From Patescibacteria group bacterium (GTDB lineage Bacteria; Patescibacteriota; Microgenomatia; UBA10105; UBA927): a stretch of DNA of 64,000 bases. Each line of letters starts with the position of its first letter. Positions within the stretch are counted from its first letter, which is position 1. The notes beneath the pieces are model-generated. The model had not been told where the DNA came from, did not search any database, and saw only the letters and a program-made list of their open reading frames with translations. A program made the position numbers and the translations under genes. Of the stretch, positions 37,846 to 45,165 are shown one piece after another. The DNA lies in contig JBBTWJ010000005.1 in NCBI GenBank assembly GCA_038062895.1, positions 131,715 through 195,714 of the forward strand, read 5' to 3'.

Positions 37846-38065
37846 ATGATAAGAAAGGATTTTCCGCAGATTGTAAATGTGCAAGATGATCAAAATGTAA
37901 ACCACCAAAAAAGCGCTAGCTACCAAGCGCTTGTTGATGCGTTTACCTAACGAGGGATTTTACAGAGAGAGAGAGTTAAAGTCAAGCCTATAGTGGGTAA
38001 AGTGTTTATTTAAGGCCTATTTATGGTATTGACAGGGTCTATAAATATGCTAGTATGGTACCTAT

Positions 38066-38335
38066 ATGCAATCAACATCGTCCACCATCAAGCTCAACGT
38101 GTCATCTGGGATACTGGCTAACGCTGATGCAGAGGCACGCCGGATTGGTATATCCCTTCAGGATTTTATCCGCATGCTCATGGCTACCTACTTTGCCAAC
38201 ACTCAATCTGTCCGGGCAGTTTCTCGGGATCAGTCCTTGTACGAGCAGGCACGCAATGAAATACAAAGCGGATCATTTGTCCGTGTAAAGAATAAAAGGG
38301 AACTCAACGAATATTTAAACAAACTCAACTCCTAA
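38066..38335 (+). CDS. Probable antitoxin (RHH-like)
   Basis: EARRIGISLQDFIRML; upstream of RelE-like gene; TTGACA promoter at 38029. Confidence 0.65.
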   Translation: MQSTSSTIKLNVSSGILANADAEARRIGISLQDFIRMLMATYFANTQSVRAVSRDQSLYEQARNEIQSGSFVRVKNKRELNEYLNKLNS

Positions 38336-38339
38336 CGGC

Positions 38340-38597
38340 ATGGAACTGCGATTCACTCCGTCATTTGAACGGGAATACAAAAAAATTGTCAGGGGAAATG
38401 AGACGCTTCAGAAGAAGGTCAGAAAGCAGCTTACCATTCTTGAGAAAAATGCAAATTATCCGTCACTTCGTCTGCATAAGCTTGGTTCGAGTAAGTACTG
38501 GTCAATTTCTATAGACACAAGTATCCGGGTACTTATCATTCTTGAAAAACAGTGGATTTACGTCTACCACATTGGGAAACATGAGGATGTGTATTAG
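38340..38597 (+). CDS. RelE/YafQ-family mRNA interferase toxin
   Basis: FTPSFEREYKK, YPSLRLHKL, WSISID..IRV, IGKHEDVY. Confidence 0.85.
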   Translation: MELRFTPSFEREYKKIVRGNETLQKKVRKQLTILEKNANYPSLRLHKLGSSKYWSISIDTSIRVLIILEKQWIYVYHIGKHEDVY

Positions 38598-39109
38598 AGT
38601 TGATTTGAGAACTTCATATAGAAAAAACAATCTATGGTTTCCGTTGGACTGGCAATCCATTTAATAGTTCCTGCATTACGGTACCCGTTTTTCTCCCAGA
38701 ATCCGAAGACGCCGTTTTTAGCGTAGGGGTGGTCAATGCTTAACGGGACGCAAAATTGGGTGCATCCCAATCGTTTGGCTTGGTCTTCCGCAGCGAGTAA
38801 AAGTTTTGAATCTGCTTGAATGTCTTTGAAATTAGAGACGGTCGTAAACGCGATAATGTGCATCCATTTCCCAGTCATTGGCTCGGAAATTTTTAGATCC
38901 GAGAAGTCTTTAAGCTCTTGATCCTGCTCCATCACCTCAAAGACGACAAAGCCAGATATTCGTCTATTTGTTTCCGCAACGAGCACTTTTGCGTTGGGGG
39001 AAGAAATTTTTTGTTGAAAGTATTGTTCATTAGCGCCGTAGTCTCCATACGATGTCCGGTCTAGGGCGACGAGGTGGGGGATATCCTGGGACAAAGCTTC
39101 ATGAATCAT
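38594..39109 (-). CDS. GNAT-like acetyltransferase
   Basis: VLVAETNRRISGFVV, LLLAAEDQAKRLG, FWEKNGY. Confidence 0.65.
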   Translation of the reverse strand: MIHEALSQDIPHLVALDRTSYGDYGANEQYFQQKISSPNAKVLVAETNRRISGFVVFEVMEQDQELKDFSDLKISEPMTGKWMHIIAFTTVSNFKDIQADSKLLLAAEDQAKRLGCTQFCVPLSIDHPYAKNGVFGFWEKNGYRNAGTIKWIASPTETIDCFFYMKFSNQL

Positions 39110-39521
39110 GTAAATCGAAGTATAGCAAAAGCAAGTCATTCTGTTCTTCGGGAGTAATATCTAATTGGTCGATAGTATGTTGATTTGGATCAGCTGACTG
39201 GAGATTGCTGAGAAGTGCAATCATTTCGGTTCGGCGAGATAAATCTGCCTTGAGTGGGACGGGCGTGTTCGATGGCATATCAATGTATCGGATTTTTAGA
39301 TTTTCTTTTCCTGTATCAGCTTGAAATATTAGTCCTTGTTGAGGCTGATCAGGAAAAGCATCGTGAGCAGCAAATATCACAGCTCTTGTGCCATCTGCTT
39401 CTACAAAAACAAAGCCACCATCTGGAACTAATGGTGCGTCGCAAAATTTATCCTGGCGAACGGCAGCAAAAAAAGCAAGCGAAGATTCTCTTGTAGGGAT
39501 AAATACGTCTGGATTAGCCAT
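39099..39521 (-). CDS. Hypothetical protein
   Basis: Overlaps GNAT start, co-oriented. Confidence 0.5.
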   Translation of the reverse strand: MANPDVFIPTRESSLAFFAAVRQDKFCDAPLVPDGGFVFVEADGTRAVIFAAHDAFPDQPQQGLIFQADTGKENLKIRYIDMPSNTPVPLKADLSRRTEMIALLSNLQSADPNQHTIDQLDITPEEQNDLLLLYFDLHDS

Positions 39522-39739
39522 AGATTTATTAACCAGCGCTGTGCAGAATAAATGGAATTATACGGTTTACGGTGCAAGATGTCTACTATAGGACTATTTG
39601 AGGGTAGGATAGCAAGAATTTATTTTTTTGCACAGGTAAAAATAGATCGACCAAACAATGGTAATTTGAGATCGCGACCCGCGATTCTTCTGAAGGTAGT
39701 TGATCCGGGAAAGCCTTAGTGAATGAGCCTGTTTTTAGC

Positions 39740-40987
39740 TTATCGCACTGAATGTGTATCAAGCTCGATAGGAACCTGCTCACTACCGTTCAACGTTTCT
39801 TCTGTAATACGCGAAAACATAAAGATGAATAATGGCAGTAAACCGACCAGTATCAAGGCGGTGGGTAATGATACACTAGCCACAAAACCAACGACTGGAT
39901 TGAGAAGCATAAGTGTAAACCGTCGCAACATGGATATTGACGAGAGCACCGTTGCACGCTGCTCTGACGGTATGTGTTTATTCATATATGCAGACATGAG
40001 TTCAATTCTCGTCATTCCAAACCCACCACTTAGTGCAATAAATAACCCGATTGTGGCTAAATTTGGAAAGAGCGCTACGAAGAAAAATGGCAACGCAGTA
40101 AGGAGCGCTGTGTAGCGAAAATACGCTCTGCCTGATTTCAGAAATTTTTCTATTCTTATAAAATTGCTGGCAATCAATATCTCTGTGCCTGTCAGGAGAA
40201 CATGACCAAAACCAAAATAGAATAGCGGTATATTCATGCTCTGCAACAATGGTTGATATAGCCAAATGACGAAATATCCCCCTGCCGCTACTATGACGGC
40301 GTCCAAAGCCATTATTCGTAGGGGTTTATGGTGATAGAAGAACGAAAAACCTTTTTTGAGAATCTCAATATACCTCTTGCTTTCTGATACGTTCTGATGA
40401 ACTTTAGGCTCTTGGAAGGTCAATGCAATAAGAGACGCAAGAAAAAAAGGAATAGCAGAGAATAGCATGGGCGCGTTGAGTCCGAACTTCATGGCTATAA
40501 AGCTACCGATCACTGCAGAAAACATCACCCCTAATAATGTAAACGTATGAGCCTTTGCAAATACAGACTTACTTTCTCCTTCCTTATTTGCTTCGACCAG
40601 AGAATCGTAGAGTAATGCTTGATCTGCGCCAGAGGTAAGTGCCATGCCTGCCGCAAAAAGAAATTCACCAAGCAGAAAAAATTCAAATCTTGGTACGCTG
40701 CCGTAAACAAGCGCTCCTACAACGGTAATAAGTGCCCCCAGGGCCAATGAATACTTTCGTCCAACAAAGTCCGCAACGGCACCTGTTGGAACTTCTAATA
40801 GGAAAAGCCATAAAGTGAACCAAGATTGCAATAACTGAACTTGAAATAACGTTATTCCACCCCATTCAGTGAAGAAGGGGACAAGAACAGCAGAAAAGAA
40901 CGCTAATTGACGCAAAAAATTATGGGCATAGTAGCGCCATATAGTGCTTCGTATATTGATCGCAATGGTATTCATCAATTCCTTCAT
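39740..40987 (-). CDS. MFS transporter
   Basis: EVPTGAVADFVGRKYSL, SGADQALLYDSL, EQRATVLS. Confidence 0.9.
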   Translation of the reverse strand: MKELMNTIAINIRSTIWRYYAHNFLRQLAFFSAVLVPFFTEWGGITLFQVQLLQSWFTLWLFLLEVPTGAVADFVGRKYSLALGALITVVGALVYGSVPRFEFFLLGEFLFAAGMALTSGADQALLYDSLVEANKEGESKSVFAKAHTFTLLGVMFSAVIGSFIAMKFGLNAPMLFSAIPFFLASLIALTFQEPKVHQNVSESKRYIEILKKGFSFFYHHKPLRIMALDAVIVAAGGYFVIWLYQPLLQSMNIPLFYFGFGHVLLTGTEILIASNFIRIEKFLKSGRAYFRYTALLTALPFFFVALFPNLATIGLFIALSGGFGMTRIELMSAYMNKHIPSEQRATVLSSISMLRRFTLMLLNPVVGFVASVSLPTALILVGLLPLFIFMFSRITEETLNGSEQVPIELDTHSVR

Positions 40988-41052
40988 ACAGTATGAACTC
41001 TTGTATCGTTTTGACCTGTTTATAGAGGATGGTCATGGAATGATTTTAACAT

Positions 41053-41082
41053 AAAAAAATGGAGCGTATAAACGCTCCATTT
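41053..41082 (-). terminator. Intrinsic terminator
   Basis: AAATGGAGCG-TTTATA-CGCTCCATTT plus T-tract on the minus strand. Confidence 0.65.
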
Positions 41083-41159
41083 AGAATTTGTGGGAGAGGG
41101 GTAAAAAATATTACCTCCATTTTTTGGTATGCCAAAAGATAGCTACTAAATAATTTTTT

Positions 41160-41561
41160 TTATCGACATTCTGGTCTTGGAGTCGCTTGTATTTCTTCAA
41201 GAATAGCCTGTGTTTCCCTAAGTCTGTCAATGTCTGGCACGATGAGGTCGCCTTGGTACAGTTCTAAAATAAAACCCAATGCTTGTAATTTATTTAACGC
41301 TTCTTTGCCCATTCCTCGAGATTGGTGGCCTTCATTTCGAAAAAAATTTAGATGTCTCTTTGCCTCAGTAATATCGTCATCTTGCAACGCATGAACAACT
41401 CGATTGGCGTATTCAACCGATGCTGTCGTGTGTAGCCATGCGGCATCTTCAGCCGAAACAGGAAGAGCGCAAGTGAATCCAAGCTCGATTTCAGTGTTGG
41501 GGGAATACCCCATAGTAGCAAGGAAGCAATTAGACTGATAAGCAGTTGGGATTTTTGACAT
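41160..41561 (-). CDS. Hypothetical protein
   Basis: 133-aa ORF with TATAAT a few nt upstream (leaderless-type). Confidence 0.5.
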   Translation of the reverse strand: MSKIPTAYQSNCFLATMGYSPNTEIELGFTCALPVSAEDAAWLHTTASVEYANRVVHALQDDDITEAKRHLNFFRNEGHQSRGMGKEALNKLQALGFILELYQGDLIVPDIDRLRETQAILEEIQATPRPECR

Positions 41562-41830
41562 AGTTATATTATAGGTTTTGGTTAGCCATCTGTCAAAATA
41601 GCCCGTTGATACGAGTTACATTTGATTTGGTAGACAGTCGAATAACCAATGTGTACTTATTTTAACCTCAGGATTGCCGATGGATGGAAAAAGCGGTATA
41701 CTAGGCATGTTCAGTCATGAACCGCGGGGTAGTGTCACGTAATACTCTATGAAGAGTAAACGTGACTATTATTACCCCAGACGTGTCAGTTAGCCGTAGC
41801 TGGCACGTTATTTCGAAGAAATTTACGTGC

Positions 41831-42113
41831 CGCGGGGTAGTGTACAGTTGCACAGAAGGCTCGATTATGGGCTGCCATGCACTTAGGTACGTGGTAGAAT
41901 TTGGCTATATCGGTGAAACCCATTCGACAAGCTCAGGGTAATACCGAGGAAAGATCCCGATGTTACGTCGGGAAATCCGTAGAGACTATACGCCGAACCC
42001 GGATGGTCCCGCTTAGCGGGATGATATCCGGGAAGATATAGTCCGACACTCTCAGTAATGGGAGACAACAGGTGCATAATCTTCTAGGCTGGGTGCGACT
42101 CCCAGCCCCGCAA
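41831..42113 (+). tRNA. Initiator-like tRNA-Met (CAU) split by a group I intron; exons 41831-41861 and 42075-42113
   Basis: Spliced CGCGGGGTAGTGTACAGTTGCACAGAAGGCT^CATAATCTTCTAGGCTGGGTGCGACTCCCAGCCCCGCAA; C1:A72 mismatch; loop CTCATAA. Confidence 0.82.
41862..42074 (+). ncRNA. Group I self-splicing intron (213 nt, no ORF)
   Basis: Follows exon U, ends in G; guide ATTATGGGCT pairs with 3' exon CATAAT (P10) and 5' exon GGCT (P1, U-G pair); P/Q TATCGGTGAAA/AATACCGAG, R GTAGAGACTATA, S AAGATATAGTCC. Confidence 0.92.
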
Positions 42114-42127
42114 CTGAGGGCATTAAG

Positions 42128-42165
42128 TACAAAAAAAGATCCTAAATTAGGATCTTTTTTTGTAC
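42128..42165. terminator. Intrinsic terminator after tRNA
   Basis: AAAAAAAGATCCTAA-A-TTAGGATCTTTTTTT. Confidence 0.75.
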
Positions 42166-42249
42166 TCCGCCCTCATGAGGCTGGTGGACAGCACGAAGTG
42201 CTGGACATGATAGCCTCAACATAATGACCCGAACGTATACAATGAAAAT

Positions 42250-42528
42250 ATGCACTACGTCTATATTCTCCAATCGTTAATAAAATCCAATTGGCTTTAT
42301 AAAGGGTCTACTTCTGATCTCAAGCGCAGGGTGGCAGAGCACAATGCAGGTAAAAACTTCTCTACCGCTCCATACACTCCATTGAAACTAATTTATTACG
42401 AAGCCTATCTTCTTAAAGAAGATGCCGAAGCGAGAGAAAAATATCTCAAAACCAGCATGGGAATGAGAGTGATTAAAAAACAACTTAGTAACTATCTTAA
42501 ATCTTACGCCATTAGTAGTAGGGGATGA
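42250..42528 (+). CDS. GIY-YIG nuclease
   Basis: HYVYILQS..LYKGSTSDLKRRVAEHN, LKLIYYEAY, AEAREKYLKT. Confidence 0.9.
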   Translation: MHYVYILQSLIKSNWLYKGSTSDLKRRVAEHNAGKNFSTAPYTPLKLIYYEAYLLKEDAEAREKYLKTSMGMRVIKKQLSNYLKSYAISSRG

Positions 42529-42553
42529 TGGGAGCGTGAGTTATACTGGTGGT

Positions 42554-42843
42554 ATGGCAAGAAAGAATCCCTCGACTATGCTCGGGACTAAAGAGAAGCG
42601 GTGGACGAGGAGAAGGCTTATCGCGCTTGGGATTCCGGCGGTCTTGATCCCGGGACTCCTGATTGCCATGGCGCTCGGCTGGAATCCGGTGAAACTGGAA
42701 AACGTGAAGGGCTCAAGGAAAATCCCGAAGGATGTAAAAAAGGGAAGCTCATCAATGAGGAAATGGTGCGAAAGCGGCTGGCTTCCGCCGAAACGTATAA
42801 AGAGCGTGGGGAGCTCAAGTATGAAGGGAGAATAGGAAGATAG
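42554..42843 (+). pseudogene. Possible internally deleted thermonuclease remnant
   Basis: TM N-terminus (LGIPAVLIPGLLIAMALGW) then, in another frame, GKLINEEMVRKRLA resembling the SNase NxxLVxxGLA motif. Confidence 0.4.
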
Positions 42844-42904
42844 GGAGATGGGAAGAGAGGGAGATGGGGGTAATTGGAGAATGCAAGAAAAGAAGAAGGA
42901 AAGA

Positions 42905-43291
42905 CTACCGCCTCGTGCAGTGGGAGCGTAGCCAGGAGGCGATTTCCGGCAGGTCCGGTTTTTTGTTGTCTACGTGGATCATAAAGTCCGCTCCATCGCG
43001 CGGTGTCGCCTTGAGGCGATACCCATTTAACCAGAGAAATCGTTTGGTTGCGGCCCATGCCGTTCTTTTATTTCCATCAGTGAACGGGTGATTCATGCAA
43101 AGTGATTGTAAAAGAGCCGCAGCCATGGAAAAAAGCGTGGGGTAGAGAGATTGTCCGTTAAATGTCGCTTTACATCGCTCCACTGCGGAATGAAGGAGTG
43201 AGAAATCGCGGACACCAGCCTTGGTGCCTGCACGATGGATGATCGCTTCGTGGATCGCATACGCCTCTTCAATATCGAGAAACTGTGTCAT
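42905..43291 (-). CDS. Doc (death-on-curing) family Fic toxin
   Basis: GVRDFSLLHSAVER, NHPFTDGNKRTA, FLWLNGY. Confidence 0.9.
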   Translation of the reverse strand: MTQFLDIEEAYAIHEAIIHRAGTKAGVRDFSLLHSAVERCKATFNGQSLYPTLFSMAAALLQSLCMNHPFTDGNKRTAWAATKRFLWLNGYRLKATPRDGADFMIHVDNKKPDLPEIASWLRSHCTRR

Positions 43292-43300
43292 GGGTATGGA

Positions 43301-43549
43301 TTAAGCGAGTTGGTCCAGGAGCGCACCGTCTTCCTTGAGAAACCCGTCAAGCCACGCTTGAAATTCTTTCTGGGAGCGGGTGGATGAGGTAGATGATTTG
43401 GCAATCGGACGAACAAAAACACCCTCTGCCTGAGGCACATAATCGATTGTCATTTTTTGTCCGCGGCGCCACCGGGCCTCCTGCATGATGGGAGCGGGGA
43501 GAATGACCGCATTGCTGTTGCCGAGCTGGGAAATGGTTGTTGTCTGCAT
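43301..43549 (-). CDS. AbrB/MazE-family antitoxin
   Basis: ISQLGNSNAVILP; upstream of Doc; palindrome CTTGACATGTCAAG at 43577. Confidence 0.8.
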   Translation of the reverse strand: MQTTTISQLGNSNAVILPAPIMQEARWRRGQKMTIDYVPQAEGVFVRPIAKSSTSSTRSQKEFQAWLDGFLKEDGALLDQLA

Positions 43550-43621
43550 GTGTACGAACTATGTTAGTACATGACGCTTGACATGTCAAGAGCACATGTG
43601 ATAGTCTTTATTTTCAGTTGA

Positions 43622-43940
43622 ATAAAAGCATTGACTAGGTTGATTGGGACCTGGTTACCCCGAAAGGGATGCTGATGAGGCTATCTGTAAGGAATGTCTC
43701 ATCCGGAGCCGAAACCGTAACCCCACTTCGCATAAAGCTACGCGGGGTAAAAAAGATAGGAACGAGTGTCGTAGAAACGGAGCTCGTCATGAATGAGGTT
43801 TCCTCATTGGTCTGACGAATTCCCTAGCATACGCTAGGGTTTTTTGATGGTCAATAAGGCGACAGCACAAGGTGGTACCACGAGATAAAAACTCGTCCTT
43901 GTTCATCACGTTTTTGTGGTGGATTAGGGCGAGTTTTTTT
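43622..43940 (+). promoter_or_regulatory. T-box riboswitch leader (transcription attenuator)
   Basis: Antiterminator CAAGG-TGGTACC-ACGAG...CTCGT-CCTTG (43868-43901) overlapping terminator CTCGTCCT...AGGGCGAG-TTTTTTT; structured upstream leader; specifier not resolved. Confidence 0.72.
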
Positions 43941-43960
43941 GTGGAAAGGAGGTGAACCAT

Positions 43961-44152
43961 ATGAGTGGAATGTCATGTCCTGAGTGCAGCCAGTATTTTG
44001 ATGATTATGATGACCATACTCAGTTTCATATTCAGCTGGAGGCGGAAGCAAAAGAGAACTACGAATCTGCGGTAGCTGAAAAACAGCGACATCTTTCCGA
44101 GACTCGTGAAAAACTTCTTAAAGAAGACGTTTTTTGTTCGGATTCAGAATAG
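43961..44152 (+). CDS. Small protein with CxxC...H-x3-H putative Zn site
   Basis: SD AAGGAGGT; MSGMSCPECSQYFDDYDDHTQFH then helical tail. Confidence 0.6.
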   Translation: MSGMSCPECSQYFDDYDDHTQFHIQLEAEAKENYESAVAEKQRHLSETREKLLKEDVFCSDSE

Positions 44153-44227
44153 TCTGAACAGTAGGCTGGTGCGTTCCAGGTAATTTTTGGGGCGGCTTAA
44201 GACGCCCCAAGGTTGCCTAAAGATGAT

Positions 44228-44299
44228 GGGTGAGTAGTTTAGTTGGAAAAATTCCGATCTCCAAAATCGGAGTCGTAGGTTCGATGCCTACCTCGCCCG
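44228..44299 (+). tRNA. tRNA-Trp (CCA)
   Basis: GGGTGAG/CTCGCCC acceptor, CCGAT-CTCCAAA-ATCGG anticodon arm, GTTCGA T-loop, G73. Confidence 0.92.
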
Positions 44300-44351
44300 C
44301 CGCGTCATACGCGGCTGACACGTTTGACGTGTCGCCTTTGAAAGTAATTAT

Positions 44352-45155
44352 ATGAACAACAACATGATCGGCATTATCGGAGGCATGGGGCCGCAGGCAT
44401 CGAGTGAATTGTATCGTCTCATCGTTCACGAGGCGCGGCATCGCTATGGCGCGCGAGAAAATAATGAGTATCCGGAGGTGCTTATCGACTCAGTACCCGT
44501 GCCGGATTTTTTGGCCGATACGGCAAAGATGGAAGAGGCGGCGACGATTCTGGAGGACCGTGTTCGACGGCTGACGGCATTCGGCGCAACAATGATAACG
44601 ATGGCGTGCAATACCGCGTGCATCTTGGCTGACCGACTGCAACGGCAGACGGATGTTCCGTTTGTTTCTGTCGTGGAAGAGGTAGTGAAAGAAGTTTCTC
44701 GTGGCGCCCAACGGGTACTGCTTCTTGCCTCACCGACATCACTCCGGTTAGGACTCTACCAGATGGCGTTGGCGCGTCATAACTTTCCGTATATAGTACC
44801 AAAGAGTCGGGATTACCAGGAACTTGAATTTATTATTCGAGGGGTTTTGTCAGGGGAAGATCGCGGGCTGCTCATGAGAAAAATTACAAAGTTGGTAGCC
44901 GGGTACCGGGAGATAGAGAAGATAGATGGTGTCGTGTTGGGTTGTACGGAGCTTCCGTTGGTTTTTCCGGTGAATTATGATCTGCCGGTTTATAATTCAC
45001 TTTCCATTCTCGCAAACACTATATTAAAACAGTATTATACAAAGCCCTCCGGAGCTTACCGTTCGCCTTCACGTACTATTCGTACACGGCTCACGGAGCG
45101 CTCTCTGGAGGATTTAAGAAACACTAATCTGATACAATCAGAAAAGTGTTTCTAA
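44352..45155 (+). CDS. Asp/Glu-family amino acid racemase (C-terminus extended by a repeat insert)
   Basis: IGIIGGMGPQAS, MACNTA, VLGCTELPL. Confidence 0.9.
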   Translation: MNNNMIGIIGGMGPQASSELYRLIVHEARHRYGARENNEYPEVLIDSVPVPDFLADTAKMEEAATILEDRVRRLTAFGATMITMACNTACILADRLQRQTDVPFVSVVEEVVKEVSRGAQRVLLLASPTSLRLGLYQMALARHNFPYIVPKSRDYQELEFIIRGVLSGEDRGLLMRKITKLVAGYREIEKIDGVVLGCTELPLVFPVNYDLPVYNSLSILANTILKQYYTKPSGAYRSPSRTIRTRLTERSLEDLRNTNLIQSEKCF

Positions 45156-45165
45156 AAGAGGCCCT

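Noticed and set aside
42170-42545. Same TIR element around the GIY-YIG genes at 42250 and 37002
   Set aside because: The GTAGTGAAAC/GTTCTACTAC ends are not present around either gene.
43650-43720. Hammerhead-like core CTGATGA-GGCT...AGCC-GAAAC
   Set aside because: Stem I and III cannot be closed properly around an NUH site; the segment is better explained as part of the T-box leader.
34364-44299. Integrase-tRNA genomic island or prophage
   Set aside because: The recombinase looks like housekeeping XerC/D next to divIC; no tRNA 3'-end duplication or phage genes were seen.
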